A stretch of DNA of 64,000 nt from Callorhinchus milii (lineage: Eukaryota). Shown piece after piece: positions 11,809-26,529 of this stretch. The stretch's first letter is position 1. Every line of letters begins with the position of its first letter. The notes under the pieces are model-generated. The model was not told where the DNA came from, searched no databases, and worked only from the letters and a program-made list of their open reading frames with translations. The stretch spans positions 44,270,001-44,334,000 of the forward strand of contig NW_024704743.1 in the NCBI RefSeq assembly GCF_018977255.1, given 5' to 3'. The translations under genes were made by a program, and so were the position numbers.

Positions 11809-14205
11809 TAGACAATAGTCCCATCTGATTTATATGGACAACAACAAATTACATTTTTATACAGCCTTTTACGCCAGAAGGACGTCCCAAGGCACTGAGC
11901 AAAAATACTGCAATGCTGCCATCATTAGCCACAGTATTGCAAGTTAAAGGGACCATAATAAACTCAGTTAAGCTGAGCTGGGAAGGTTGGATGGATAGAA
12001 ACTACAAGTCCAAGATTACACGCAAGCATTGATTTATATAGTCTGTGAGTTTTAGAATAATGCAAGTTTTTCTTAAAAATAATGATTATTTTTGGTGTAA
12101 ACTGAAAGGTTATTTTTAGAAATACATATATGTCAGATGATACTACTTGTCAGACCAATTCACACCATCGTGGAGTAAGCAGAATGTGGGTTTGTGCACT
12201 TTAATGCGCCACATCACTAAAATGCTGTCAAAATTTTAGAGGCCAGCAGTTTCTTAGATAAAAGTCAAATTAATAATAATAACCCTGGCATTTGATATAG
12301 CGTTTTATCACGTCTCAAAGCGCTTCACAGAATTTAGATCATATTTTATCAGTGTTTCATAGGAGTGACCTGAAATTAGACCTATATTAAAAGTGTGCAA
12401 TTTTAACCTTTTATAACAAACTTCCCAGATTTAAGTGAAGATTGTTTTACCTTTGGTTATTGAATGCATTTACTCCTGAGAAAAGGCACAGGATCAATCA
12501 TTCAGTACTTATAAGGTTTCAGAATTGTCTTGAACACTGACCTTTACTATGGTATATCCTATACTTGATCAGAACTTCAATATCCAAGATTCCCTAATGT
12601 ATTCTGAATGCCATCAATTATATACATGATGCTTGCAAACATTAACAGTTATGGCATATCATCAAAATTACATTAGTTTGTTTATGCATTTAATTCGTTT
12701 TTAACTATCCTTGATTATTAAGTAGAACGAATTTCAAATATTTAGAATATTACTTCTGCACTGGGAGTATGGTTTTCATTAGATGATATTTTTTCTGACA
12801 TTCTATTGGAAAGAAATACTGCACTTTGTGGTTAGTTTGTCAAACTGAGCCTCATCTAGTGGATTGTATAGCAGTAGATTTGCATAACAACCTCATCATG
12901 TCAGTTTGAATAAGGATTTTGTCAGCCTGCTTCTCCCAATATATGGTGGAGTCTGTTGTCTTTTATTAATTTAAATGTGTACAAGCAAAAATGTTCCACC
13001 CATCTAGCTTGTCCAGTTTGCCTACAAATACACATTCACTACACTTTGCAGTCAAATACCGTGTAAGTGCTTTGAAACATTTTGAAGACATGATAAGGTT
13101 CTATATCAAATATGAGGATTATTATCATGTCCCTTAATTCTTCTTCTACAATCCACACTGATCATGTTTTTCAATATTTCCTATACCTAACACAGTACTA
13201 TACAACCTTCCATTTAGCATTGAGATTTTTTTAAGGTATTTTTATTTTGTTTCCCTAATAATCTGTAGACTTCAAAAAAGTTTTTCATAAAGCACAACCC
13301 AAATTAGTATCAGTGATGATCAAGAGTATGTCATGCATGTGAATGAGAAACAGATTAAAGGAAAGGAAGTAGAGGCTAGTCATGAGAGAAGCTAGGTAAA
13401 TAGGGGTGGTATTAAAGAGGTGTTCCACTGGTTCATGCTGCACACATCCTGTTTCTTGAATACATAAATGATTGTGATTCACAGCTCCAGTGCAAGGCTG
13501 TAAAATGTACAGCAAATTGTGGGAGACTGTGAAATCAAGGAGTAGTCAAAAACTTGTAAAGAGAGGCCAATAAGACAAGTGCACTGGTAAATGAGGTTCA
13601 ATCCAGGTAAATAAAGGTACTAAAAGGAAATGAAAGTAGAAGGCCCGTACACCCCATGAATGAAATAGAACTTGGAAAGGAAGATATTGTTAGAGCTGTA
13701 GGTGGTTGGCTTGTGGCTCAGCCTGTCTGAACAATGTGTGGTTAAATAGAAAGACTCTAAGCTAGAATTCCTAAGACATGTGAGTTCAGATCTCTAGACA
13801 TCATAAGCAATTCTCTGGCCAAGCTGTACTTGGAGAGCCTAATACTTTTGGTTGCTGGAACATAAGAGGGCTGACTAGGTCTTTGAGGCAATGCAGAGGA
13901 GAGATGTAACATAGGTTGAAATTCAGGTAATTTAGAGGAAAGTAGTTTGAATAATACCACCATAAATTTAATTGCATACGCGTTCATGTAGTGTGGCATT
14001 CATCAAAATGACTGTTCGGTTCTGGCAGGTTCAAAGTTGTATGTTCATATTGTAGCTATTGTCATAATTATCCTCAGCAAGTCCTTTAACAAGCACAATC
14101 AGATGAATTTTGGCTGCTGTGTGTGTCTGGAGTATATTGTATATTGACATACCAAAGAGGTGGGATGTAGACAATTGGGTTAAGCCTGTGTGTTCAATAT
14201 TTCTG

Positions 14206-15169
14206 CAACAAACAACAACAACAACAACAAGATTTCATTTATAGAGCGCCTTTCACGTCAGGAGGACGTCCCAAGGCGCTGCACAGTTGGGTCATGACCC
14301 GAGCAGGGGGGAAATGGTCAGGGTGAGGGGAGGGAAGGGAGGGAGAGAGGAGGGGGGAAATGGTCAGGGTGAGGGGAGGGAAGGGAGGGAGCGAGGAGGA
14401 GGAAGAGAGTCGAGAGGGGAGCTGAAGGCTCGGTCAAAGAGAAAGGTTTTGAGACCGGCCTTGAAGGAGGAAAGGGAGGAAGCAAGGCGAAGGCACTGGG
14501 GGATGGAGTTCCAGAGCCTCGGGGCTGAGAGGCTGAAGGCCCGACCACCGATGGTAGGGCGGTTGGGGCGGGGGACGTGGAGCAGACCGGAGCCAGAGGA
14601 ACGGAGGTTACGGGCAGGTAGGTAGGGGGATAGTAGGTTGGAGAGGTAGGAGGGAGCAAGGCCGTGAATGGCCTTGTAGGTGAGGATGAGGATCTTGAAA
14701 TCAATCCTCTGGGGGATGGGGAGCCAGTGGAGGCGAGCGAGGGTAGGAGTGATGTGGTCCCGAAGCCTGGTGCGGGACAGTACACGAGCTGCAGAGTTCT
14801 GAATGACCTGCAGCGTGTGGAGGGAGGTGCCGGGAAGGCCGGCGAGGAGAGAGTTCCCATAGTCCAGCCTTGAGGTGACAAAGGCGTGAACCAGGGTTTC
14901 AGCAGCGTGAGGGGTGAGGTAGTGCCGTAATCTGGCGATATTCCGGAGGTGATGGAAGGCGGTGCCAGTTGTGGTGCGGATGTGAGGGAGAAAGGACAGC
15001 TCAGGGTCGAACAAAACGCCGAGGTTCCTGACTGGCTTTGAGAGGTGGAGAGTGCAGCCTTGGATGCTGATGGTGTCAGCGCCTGAGGTGCGGAGGCGCT
15101 GACGTGAGCCAATCAGGAGGGCCTCGGTTTTTCGCACGTTGAGCTGAAGAAAGTTGTCTCTCGTCCAGG
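14206..15169 (-). mobile_element. young L2 LINE, 5'-truncated (~960 bp)
   Basis: Uninterrupted 257-aa ORF 14364-15137 nearly identical to the C-terminus of ORF 33091-34428; (TTG)n tail at 14206-14230. Confidence 0.97.
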
Positions 15170-15334
15170 CAGATCAGATCAGATAGCTCAGGCAGAACAT
15201 GTGTGTTAGCAGGGGCAGAATGAAGAATGCTTTTATCCTCCACCAATGCCATCAGTGGTCCCTCTCAGTAGGAGAAGCAGCAGCATGAGGAGAAGGAAGT
15301 TGAGGCTGAGGCAGATTGGGAGAGTTAACAGTAA

Positions 15335-15495
15335 AACTTTAAATGTCTCATCTGAAGTCTGGCATCTCCAGCAATTCAGTGCTTTCCCAATATTTCACTG
15401 GAGTGTCAGCCTTGACCAACATCCCTGCTGCAGAACTTGAAAACACAACCTTCTGACCCAGAGGCAGGGGAGCCACCAACTGAGCCATGTGTGCC
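15335..15495 (-). mobile_element. old Deu-domain SINE (SacSINE1/AmnSINE-like), 5' fragment
   Basis: The reverse complement matches the head and Deu core of 37213-37610 (GGCTCAGTTGG...CCTCTGGGTCAGAAGGTTGTG...GCTGACACTCCAGTG...CAGATGAGACATTTAAA). Confidence 0.7.
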
Positions 15496-17149
15496 ACATT
15501 ATGACTTTGAATTTGGTGATCTTATTTTGAAAGGGTGAAAGTATAAATGATATAGAATTTTAAAAGGGTGTAAGTACAAATTATATAAAAATGTTAAAAA
15601 ACAAGCTGATGCTACAAATTCTGGAACAAGAACAGGGATTGAGTCACTCAATTTATATTACATGTAATAGACCTATGTAGGAGTAAAACAATGTAAACAG
15701 CTCCATGTCTCATCCTCCTGAGTGTTTCATGCTTTCAAAGATAAAAATTATTTTCTACAGTCCTGTCGTTCAAGTTCTACTGTACAAAATAAATATTTTG
15801 TGAAGGGAATATACTTGTAACCATGTACAACAGTTTGCATTTTTTATAATTTCTTTCATGCCAGAAGAACACCTCAAACCACTTCAAAAAATGAAAATGA
15901 TTAGAAATGGAGTGAATGTTATGTAAGCAGTAAATACAGCAGTTAATTTGTGCTAACATCCCACAAACAACAATGAGAAGAAAAGCAAATTAATTCTAAT
16001 TTTTGAGGGGTTGGAATTTGAATAAAGGAAGTATGATAGCTAGGATAAAATTCTCCAGGGATCCCTTGACATTGACCTGAAACAAAAGGCAGTCTGGACT
16101 TCGGTTTAACAATTCGTTCAAAAAAGTGATGATGATCTGCCTTAAAATAATAAATAACACTGGCAAAAATATGATGGTTTATCCAGTGGAAACATCTTGA
16201 AGCACATAACAAAAAGTTACTCTCGTTTGTAGCAAATGTTCTGTAAGGCAAACTCCTTGAAACTCCCATCTTTAAATCACACCTGACGACTCCCTCTTTG
16301 ACTGCGCCTACGATCGCCCCCCCCCCCCCCCCCCCCCCCGACTTGGCATCAAGCCATGCCCCTGTTAAGCGCTTCATGACGCATGAAGAACGCTTTGTAA
16401 GTCAAGTTGTTGTTGTGACAACCAAGCTGCACCAACAAGGTCCCACAAGCAACAATGAATTAACAATGAGCAATTAATTTAAATTAATTGGTATTCTGCA
16501 TTGAAAAATGTTACTGTAGAATGTTATGCTAAACTCAAAAGCCCAAATCACAGCGTCAAATGTATTGCGTACTAACTGAAGTGTTGCAGGGCTTCACTGA
16601 AACCATTCCAATTCTCCATGGACATGCTAATTAGCCATTAGATATGCTATGTAGAGCACATCACAGAATTTCTTCCTCTAGTGTCATGATGTACAAATTA
16701 ATCAGAATGTACTCTATAATGTTGTTTAGTGTTTAAGATCTATGCTTACATATGGAAATATGCACCCATGATTCTATTTATTTATGCACACAGAAAAATG
16801 GAAATCAATCTGATTATTTCCCCTTATAACATCTACCAACAGTTTTGTTATTATTTGCTGACAGTGCATGACAGGACATTTTACTTCAGAATTATTGAGT
16901 CCTTCCTAAAACTGAATGTTTATTGTGTAGAGTTTGGATTATTATAATTTAGCTAGTAGACCCATTACGTTCTCATTTGTATTTTTCAATAAAATCATGG
17001 CTAGATCCTGAGCTTTTAATAGTTTACTATTATCATCGAAGATGGGACAAGGCGTTCTATCAAATGCAAGTATTATTATTACTATTGGACCATATTGCGC
17101 ATGAGTAAAATAGTTATGTGGGCACCAGGTTGGTCATCCCAGATCTAGA

Positions 17150-17732
17150 CTGTCAATGACTTTATTTTCCCCGATGAAATCAATTACTTAGCATTTTTCT
17201 ACATTAACCTTCAATTGCCATCTATCTGCCCATTCTGCAAACTTATTTATGTCTTCCTGCATTCTTCTGCAATCCCCCTTACTCTTTACCACGTCCCCCT
17301 AGTTTGGTGCAAATCTGCACCATCTGCAAATTTTCCCACAACACCTCCTATACCTGAATCCAAATCGTTTATGTATATGGTGAACATTAATGGTCCTAAC
17401 ACGGATCCCTGCGGAACACACATCTCTACCCCTCCCACAATTTCACATGCCTTGATTTTAGTTATGAGACTCACATGTGGCACTTTCTGAAAGGCCCTCT
17501 GGAAATCCTAATACAGTACATCCACTGTATTTCCCATGTCAATTTCGCGGATACATCTTCAAAAAATTCAATAAGATTGGTCAAGCATGAACCTTCCTTT
17601 CGTTAATTAACTCTGGCTGCTTTTAATTATATTCTCCTTCTCCAGATGACTAGTTACTTTTATTATAGATGCTAATATCTTGCCCACAACTGACATTAAG
17701 ATGACTGGCCTGTAGTTTCCAGGATTAGCTCT
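17150..17732 (-). mobile_element. CR1 RT fragment
   Basis: ORF 17286-17483 contains [32 protein letters not shown]. Confidence 0.85.
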
Positions 17733-19514
17733 CCTTGCTGTCTCTTTTTTATATTTTTGCTACATTTGCTATATTTATCCTCATGGTTCCTCTTTGCCCT
17801 CCTAATCGTCTTGTTAACCTCTTTGCTAAGTTTGCAGTGTTCACTCCTCGCCGTTATCTATTCTGTACCTTTCAAATGCCATTTTCCTTAGTTGCAGTTT
17901 TGTCTTTGCCTCTTTATTCAACCATGGCATTCCATTATTAGTTAATTACCCAATTTCTTAATGGAATATATTTAACCAAGTCATTCACAGGTGATCTGAT
18001 TTACTTACGTGTTTCCACATACAAAGGATGTCAAACAAAATGACTGCTTCAACATTCTGTAAATGCTGAAGTGGAGCAATTTTATAGCTTTCGAACATTT
18101 TTCATTGGTCTGTCTCCCCACGCTACACTTCACCAAGCTAGGATCCAATTTTAACTCAGTGAACACCGGCCTGCTTCATTTCCTCAACCCGATCCACCGC
18201 ACAGTGGGTGAGCTCTTAACAACAACAACAACTTGCATTTATTTAGCGCCCTTCAGGTGGGGTAGAGTCCCGGAGTGCTTCTAATTATTCTGCTCTCTGT
18301 AATTCCATCCTGGAGGCCCTCTACCTTATTCTCTCACTTCCCACTTTTAAAACCTGTCTTAAAACATAGCTTTTCCCCACCCCTCTTCAGCTCCACCATC
18401 CTTTCCCTTCCCCAGTCAGCAGTGTGAAGCACTTTGAGACGTCCTCCTGACATGACAGGCGCTATATAAATGGAAATTGTATTGAAATTGATCTTTGGAA
18501 TGCTGTTGGAATTGAAGCTCTAGCAGTTTGCTTTCTCAATAGATGTTTATGTGTGAATGAATGAAATGGAGAAAAGATGAAAGGTGAAGTGATGGAAAAA
18601 ATGTATTATCAAATTTATTATACATGTATAATTCACCTGTATAATTGGTGCCTTCTTTAGAAATGTGGCTTTTTTTAATGTAACATTTTGCAGGCGATAC
18701 AGAGGTTTAGAGTACATAATCATAGCTTGAGCTGATCTTCTAGTTTACCAAATTGCTTTTACTGCTGTCAAAACATCAGTGTATCGAGAGTAATTGCTAA
18801 CAGTAAACTCTGAAATTGGGACAATGGATTAAAAGCAATTGGTAACTGTAAGAAGCAGTTGGTAACTCGAGGTGGCATTATATAGTGAGTGAAAGTGTCC
18901 TTTACTGACAGCTGGTATGGATTGGAGACCAATGAACTATATTAAACATTCTGGCTTTCTTGCAATTAATCTAAACCACTAACATCATAGCTAGAATAAA
19001 TTTAGATAGTGTACTTTTTTGTAGGCTGCAGTTAATAGAAGACAGAAATTCAACAGGAATTTATTGCTGTATAAATCTAGTGTTACCATACCATCTATTC
19101 ATTGCTTAATTAATCAATCTTTTGTTTCTCTTAATCATTTTTTTCTACTTTGTATGATGAAGATGATTCTCCAAAGTACATTGAGTTGCTGATTATTCTA
19201 AAACTAACCCACTTCTTTTTGGGTGCTGGTACTAAAGAGCAGCTAACTTTATTTTTTCCATATTAAGAAACAAACATAAGCAGGCCACGGAATTTGCCAA
19301 GTTACTATAGAAAGAGGGCCAAAAAAATGTTCTGAGTATTAAATCATTTTTTGTAACATAAGCAAAAAATATTGTGAATTAATAGTTGTATTTGTTGTAA
19401 TCTGACAAGATAAACTATTATTATTGTACAGTTTGTAATGTTTTTTCCTAAAATTCAAACTGGTGAACTGTGTAAATGTAAGTTGAAATGTTTGCAGTGT
19501 ATGTTTCATAGGAA

Positions 19515-20808
19515 ATATAGAATTACATTGAATAATAAACATGGAAACAGGCCATTCACCACAATTAGTCTACGCTGACGTTTGTACTCCACACAAGCTT
19601 GCACTCCTTTTAAACTCCACTGGTATGTCCCTCTATTCGTTTCAGTCTCATGCATTCAACAATTTGTCCCTTAGCTCAGTGGTCAGAGAACTCACCTCAC
19701 AAGCATGAGACATGGGTTCAATTCCCAGCAGGATGAAATGTTGGACAAGTTTCCTTCCTCCACACACCTCTGTTCACCTAGCAGTAAGTAGGAACCCGGT
19801 TGTTAGTTGATTGGCAGATCGCTTTTCCAGGGGTAATAATTCCTTTAAAAAAAGACATTGGTCACTCAATCAACGACTGTTTGTGGGACACTGCTATGTG
19901 CAATTGGCTGCCGTCTTTCATCCACAAAATATTGAGACATTTCGAAGACGTGATAAGGCGCTATATTAAATGGAAGGATTATTACTATTATCAACTTTAA
20001 ATACATTAATACTTTTTGTTTCAACCACAGATTCCAACAACGAGTTGTACATTCTCACCACCCTCTACATAAAGTTCCTCTTAAACTCCCTTTTAGATTT
20101 GCTGCTAGTTATCTTATACAATAAATTCCTGATAACTCATCACTCCAAGGGAAATGGGTTCAGTGACGAGTTATCCGGAGTGGTGAGTTAGGCATATGTA
20201 TAAGTACATAAATAAATACAGCATGATGACGTAAGTGGTAGTGACAACTTAAGGTAGGGTCGAGTTATCAATTTAGTGTTTATGCTTCCTTGTTTTGGAT
20301 TCACTATCAAGGGGAAACAGCCTGTTAACGTCCACTTTATTGAATTCTTTCATGCTCTTAAATACCTTTATCAGGTCTCCTTTCTATCATCTTATCCTCA
20401 GAGAGAAAACCTGACCTTCAACCTGACCAATCTTTCTTGATAGCTGTATCCACTCATCCCTGCTAAATCTACTGGTAAATCTACACTGCACTCTCTTGAA
20501 TGCTACAATATCCTTCCTTTAGTACGCTGAGACCAGAACAATGCTCCATATGTGATCTAACCAAGGTTTTAAGTGTATTTCCCTACTTTTATACTCTATT
20601 CTTTTGAGCATAGAACTAAGGACTCTCTTTGCATTGTTACAATCTTGTCTACCTGTGCTGCTAATTTGGAGACTTGGGAATCTGAATCCCAAGACCCCTT
20701 TGTTCCGCACCCCTCTAAACTTCCTGTTATCCAGGGTGTACTTGGCTTCTTTGTTCTTGTTCCCAAAGTGAATTACTTCACATTTCCCCACATTAAATTT
20801 CAGCCACT
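19515..20808 (-). mobile_element. CR1 3' fragment split by a family A SINE
   Basis: ORF 20519-20848 (KFNVGKCEVIHFGNKN...IEYKSRE); CR1 tail at 19515-19665; SINE inserted at 19666-19991. Confidence 0.75.
19666..19991 (+). mobile_element. SINE family A, long-body variant
   Basis: tRNA head, long body and (TTA)n tail; internal deletion in the 3' part. Confidence 0.88.
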
Positions 20809-20809
20809 T

Positions 20810-21058
20810 CGCCTGGCTCAATTGGTAATACTCTTGCCTCTGGGTCAAAGATTATGAGGTCAAGCCCCAAATTATGACTTTGAACTTTCAGTCGAAGCTG
20901 ACACTCAAATAGCGTACAATGGGAGTGCAGGATTGTTCACGTCTTTCAAATGAGTTGTCAAACTGAGCTCCTATCAGTCTGTTCTGATAAATATTAAAGA
21001 TCGCATGACAATATTCAAAAAGAAAAGGGAGTTTCTTCCAGTGTCTTGGTCAACAAAC
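20810..21058 (+). mobile_element. old Deu-domain SINE, 5' part
   Basis: TGGCTCAATTGGTAATACTCTTGCCTCTGGGTCAAAG...GCTGACACTC...GTCTTTCAAATGAG...TAAAGATCGCATGAC; homologous to 37213-37430. Confidence 0.7.
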
Positions 21059-21367
21059 AGATTGAGAAGTTACATAGCACAGAAACAGACCATTTGATCC
21101 AACTCATCTGTATCTGTTTATGCTCTACATGAGTCCCTACGCTCCAATTCCCCTCAGCTGTACCATTCTATTCCCTATGTTGCCCTTTACTCATTTTTTC
21201 CTGTTTTCAAGCCATCTCTTAATCTCAATGATTAAGGGATCTCACTTAATCAATTCCATCTACCTCGCCAATGACTCCATATGCCCTGAATTTAGTGATG
21301 ATTATTTTATGTAGAGAGGCCTTCACGGAGTTCATATACATCACATCCACACATTACTTCTTCAAAG

Positions 21368-21424
21368 AATTATATATTACAGAATGATATATATTATATA
21401 TTACAGAATTATATATTACAGAAT
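21368..21424. repeat. short tandem repeat, ~15-bp unit GAATTATATATTACA
   Basis: About 3.5 imperfect units are visible directly. Confidence 0.75.
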
Positions 21425-22904
21425 ACTTCACAACTAAAAATAGTATAGAAATGTATTTAATTGTAGAAATTCTCTATTGAAATGAGAAGCCAAGAATTTT
21501 GTACAGTTTAGCATCATCAGAAAATTGAATATAGAAATGAATTGACATTTTGTAAGGGTATGTCATTAATAATTTCCATTAAAAGAACCCTCAATTTATT
21601 TTGTAAGAGAATAAGAAGGAGATACTATTTTGTCCTATAATAATTATGGTAAAAGATCACTCCATTTTGCATTTTGATGTAGCAGAGATTTTAGTTTTAT
21701 ATTTTCATATGTGGAATGTTTTCAAGCACGATCAATGGCTAGATATCTTTTGAGTATAATTTTCACCACTTATACCTATTGTAACATGTTTGCTTTATAA
21801 TGTTATGACACAGCAGGGTGTTCCAGTCAAATGTGACACTAATAGCTTCATCGTGTGTCAAATGTTTTATTGTACTTCTATTTATCCCCAGTGTACATAT
21901 ATATTGTCATTGAAGTCCTTTCTGTGTCAGAGGCAGTGAAATAGTATATAGAAAACTGAAGGAGATCTGCAACATCAGTGTTGATGTTTGCTTTCCAAGG
22001 CCAAATGAAAATTTTATTTCTCATATATAATTGAATATATATAATTATATATAATATATAATCATATATAATCATATAATTGGATACAATTATTAGTTAT
22101 TACAATTATCAGTTTGGTTATACCGGTATGAATGTCCTTGCATTTGGTCAGTTTTTTTAAAAACAAGCCAATTTTGTAGTTTTATCTCCCCTGCAATGCA
22201 TTGTCTCAATCGGAGAGGATGGTCAGGACCTCTGCAATAACCTACCTGGAATTGAACATGTTTTTTCCCCTCTTTATAAGCCTCCATTCAACAAATTCCC
22301 ATAGCACCGTGGTTCAGATTAGGAGCTCATCCCGTGGGGAATATGCATCTCAGTATTGTGCAGTATTCTTTGAATGCTGCAGTAGTGTGTGAGTGTGTGC
22401 TGCATACTGAATTGAAATCTTTAGTAAATCCTTATTTGTAGAAAATAGTTACTCAGTCTTTCTGCATCTTTTTGCAAAAAAGATAGGTTTGTTTAATATT
22501 GAAATGCTGAAGCAAACCTGGCAGTAGTACTGTAAATAACTTCTAATGGTACGTCTACATCTTATGTTTTTACTGTATGTAGTCCCTTAAATATCAAATA
22601 GTTTAACGCGCATTGGTTTTGTACCTGCAAAGCACAATCTTAACACAAAAGTGGGGAGGGGGATTTATCCATGCAGTGGGGACAATTGCCAAATTTCCAA
22701 AGGTTCTCAAAGCAAAATCTGCATTGCATTCATTTATCTTGATGACAAGTTTCAGTTGGTAGAAATGTTCTTCTACTAGTAAAAAAAATGCATTAATTAT
22801 AACTCAGTTGTACTCATTTGAAAATTAAATATGGTGATGTAAACTGTGAAATTACTTTGTTTTCACTCAGACCAAGCAGTGAGCATAGGAAAATTGTGCA
22901 TATA

Positions 22905-23945
22905 ACAACATTGTCAAAATTACATTTGTATAGCGCTTTTCACATCAGGGGGACGTCCCAAGACACTGGACAATCAATGTTTCAGACCTGAGCTGGGGGT
23001 CGGGATTGGGGAGGGTAGAGGTCAANGGGGGAAGGAGGGTGACCGAAGGCACAGTCGAAGAGGAGAACCTTAAGACAGATCTTGCAGCAGGCGAGGGAGC
23101 AGGTGAGCGTAGGGATTGTGGGATGATGGGGTGGGTGAGGTGGGGCACGTGAAGCAGGCCAGAGTCCGCTGAGCGGAGAGAGTGAGCAGGATGTTAGGGG
23201 GTTAGGAGGTCGCAGAGGTAGGGGGGGAGCAAGACCATGGAGGGCTTTGAAGGTGAGGACCAGGATCTTGAACTGTATCCTCTGTGTGATGGTAAGCCAG
23301 TGGAGTCGGGTGAGGATGGGGTTCATAGGGTCATGGAGCCTGGTGCGGGAGAGAACACGGGCTGCGGAGTTCTTGATGATCTTGCGTAGACGAGCCTGGA
23401 TGTTATGAATGTGTGTATGAAAGTTTCGGTAGCCTGCGGTGTGAGACAGTGGCGGAGCCGGACAATGTTGCGGAGGTGGGGGAAGACAGATCAGGTGATG
23501 GCACAGATGTTGGGTAGAAAGGATAGTTGAGGGTCAAACAAAACGCCAAGGTTCCAGAGTGGCTTAGCAAGGTGGAGTGTGCATCCTTTGATGGTGATGT
23601 TATCAGCGCCTGAGATGAGGAGACGCTGACGGGAGCCAATCAGTTAGGGCCTCGGTCTTATTGATGTTCAACTGTAGAAAGTTAGCTCTCATCCAGGACT
23701 TGATGTCTGACAGACATTCTGTGAGGACAGCAGTGGTCCTGGAGTCGAGGGTGGGGGCAGAGAGGTAGAGTTGGGTTTCATCCGCATACATGTGGAAGTT
23801 GACCCCATGTCTGCGGATGATGTGACCAAGAGGGAGCATATAGATATTGAAGAGTAGGGGACCAAGGACAGAGCCCTGAGGAACATCACACAAGACCTTG
23901 CAGGAGCTAGAGGAGAAGCCATTTGTGGAGATGAAGTAGCAGTCA
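22905..23945 (-). mobile_element. L2 LINE, 5'-truncated
   Basis: ORF 23603-23893 (VPQGSVLGP...HMYADETQLY) and ORF 22982-23326 (LHWL..QRIQFKIL); L2 tail; one N at 23026. Confidence 0.93.
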
Positions 23946-25809
23946 TATAGCAGTCATACTGGAAATTGGAGTTCTCTATATTGGCTTTACAAGTGTGTGC
24001 AAAACCTCTTAGGAAATAGCAAACAGTAAGGTGTATTTCAGGACTATTGGTTATTTTTTACACTGATTTCCTGATACAGAAAATAATTTGGTGTTGAATT
24101 GGTTTTAGTGTTATGTCATATTTTCCAGCTTGGAATATGGTGTGTGTATTGACTTATCCATAGTCGTATATATAAAAATTGACTTTGATGAATGCTGTTG
24201 GCATTAAATATAAATTTAAACCATGAAAGGAGTATTGTCAGTTTTTAATCTCAGCGGTCTTCTTCACTCATGTAAAGGATATGGGAAATTAAAGACAGAA
24301 CTATTTTACACAATTACATTTTAGAAACATAAACTACAGATTATCTGAAACACATACAGGCCAGGATTTCAGAGGATCCATTGCTTGAAGGATCCCTACA
24401 GACTGGTCTTGAGAGGATTCAAGGGATTTCTGAATGACACGTGCAGTACAGTGAGGCCGATAGACTGGAGACCTAACATTTCCTGCCAACTATACTGAAT
24501 TAAATTTCAATTATTTTATTTTTCAGTGCTAGCAAACTATACAGCTGTTTGGATTTCTTATGCAGCCTGCTGACACAGGAAAATTGGCTCCTCTAGTGTG
24601 TTCTGGGTATTTTGTTTGGAAGTGAAAGATACAGTATTTGTCATTCATAGCTGATGTGTCCCTTGATATTCCACACTCTGTGGCATGTGTGGATAATTTA
24701 TGTATGAGCTAAAGCTCTTCCATTTTAAAAGAGACATCTCGGTGGGATCTTATTAGAAGTAGAAGTATATAATATTTTAATTGGATTGAGAACGTAAACT
24801 CAGAACACTAATTCTGGATCCACCGAAACAAAATAAAAAGAGACCATAGGTTTAAGGTGACAAAGTGCAATTTCGGAATAATTAATGAATGGAAGACGGG
24901 TTGAGACTGGGATGCTATAGTTGACTATGTGAAGTATAGTTTTTGAATAGTAAATATTATAGTAAATATGTCTTAATACTATGGTTCCTGTATATTACTG
25001 TATTTCTGAGGATTTACATGCCCTTATTAAATATTGTTGTCATGCATATTATAGAAGAATTTTCAGACATTGTTGTAATTTACTTATAACTGAAACAGGC
25101 AGCAAACAACAAACCACTACCAGACCTAGCTCCAATGAGATAATGAGATGTATGCCCTGAAGATGCAACAGTTTCACTTCTTGAAAGTTTTACGAGTTCT
25201 CAAGTGATCTATGGTTTTCCTGCACAGTCAATGCATATTCAGTCCATTTAAATTCTATTGAATATTAGCTTCGAGCACACTTGTGAGGTCATTAATCTTG
25301 TTCGTACAGTCTTTTGCAGTTCTAAGCAATCTTGCATGAAATCTTATTGACTTTTCTTAACAATGATGTACGAATGCGTCTGTTCTTTTCAACAAAGATT
25401 TTTATAAATAGGTAGAGTTGATGAATGTATCCTTAAGTTATCTCTATTGTGCAACTCAGACAAACATGATCTTCTGATGTTTGCTGTCTCATTCTGTGTT
25501 TTACCACTACAATACCAGTGTAATAATGCATATCATTTTCATAGATTAGATGGTTCACTTCAGTGTTGAAACATTAAATTTGAATTCCTGATATATTAAT
25601 GAATGGCTGAGTCTATGTCTGGCAGTAAAACATTGGTGTATTCAGAAAATGCATTACAAAGGTTTTTTTTATAGAGCTAACATAACAGCATAACATCTCA
25701 CTGTTTAATGTGATGCATATACTCAAGATATTTCACAAAACCTCCACTTTACTCCACTCTGCCAATCAGAATAGCATGGACGTGATTGAAGCTCATTTTG
25801 TAGAGCTGT

Positions 25810-26322
25810 CTCACAGGCCTCCGAAACCCTCGTACACACATTCATTACATCGAGGCTTGACTATGCAAACTCCTTGTTTGTCAGCTTCCCCAACAGTTCA
25901 AGATCCTGGTCCTCACCTTCAAAGTCCTCCATGGCCTTGCTCCCCCCTACCTCTGTGACCTCCTAACCCCCTACCAACCTGCCCGCTCCCTCCGCTCAGC
26001 AGGCTCTGGCCTGCTACATGTCCCCCGCCTGGCCTGCCCCACCATTGGCAGACGGGCCTTCTGCCACTCTGTCCCTACCCTCTGGAACTCCATCCCGCAG
26101 TCCCTCCGCCTCGCCCCCTCCCTTGCCTCCTTCAAGACCCATCTCAAGACCCTCCTCTTCGACCGTGCTTTCGATCTCCTTGCTTTCCCCCCTGCCCTCC
26201 ACCTTCCCCAGTCCCGACCCCCAGCTCGGGTCCGAAACTCTGTCTGTCCAGGGCCTTGGGACGTCCTCCCAATGTGAAAGACGCTATACAAATGTAATTT
26301 TGTTGTTGATGTTGTTGTTGTT
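25810..26322 (+). mobile_element. L2 LINE 3' fragment
   Basis: Encodes FKILVLTFK...; 3' hairpin GGGACGTCCTCCCAATGTGAAAGACGCT and (TTG)n tail. Confidence 0.9.
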
Positions 26323-26529
26323 GGCGCATCATCTACTGTAGCTGATGTACCACATCATCTTGAGGATGACCTTGTAAAGAGTACCCCCACTTAAGATTCG
26401 TAAGATTCTTCACAAAGAACATCAAACAGTGATATCTGAAATATGTACATTCACAACATAAATAAATCTGATTTTGATAATTTGCCCAAATAACCGAGAA
26501 AATAGATTAAAGTAATGCTGTGGATTTAT

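Noticed and set aside
14287..14625. Gly/Arg/Glu-rich antisense ORFs over L2 copies
   Set aside because: These are shadow ORFs on the G-rich antisense strand.
16317..16339. Poly-C run as a regulatory G-quadruplex
   Set aside because: It lies in a short L2 3' UTR remnant, and homopolymer length is unreliable in assemblies.
17085..17150. hAT-like right end (GGTTGGTCATCCCAG followed by ATCTAGAC)
   Set aside because: No matching left TIR or TSD found.
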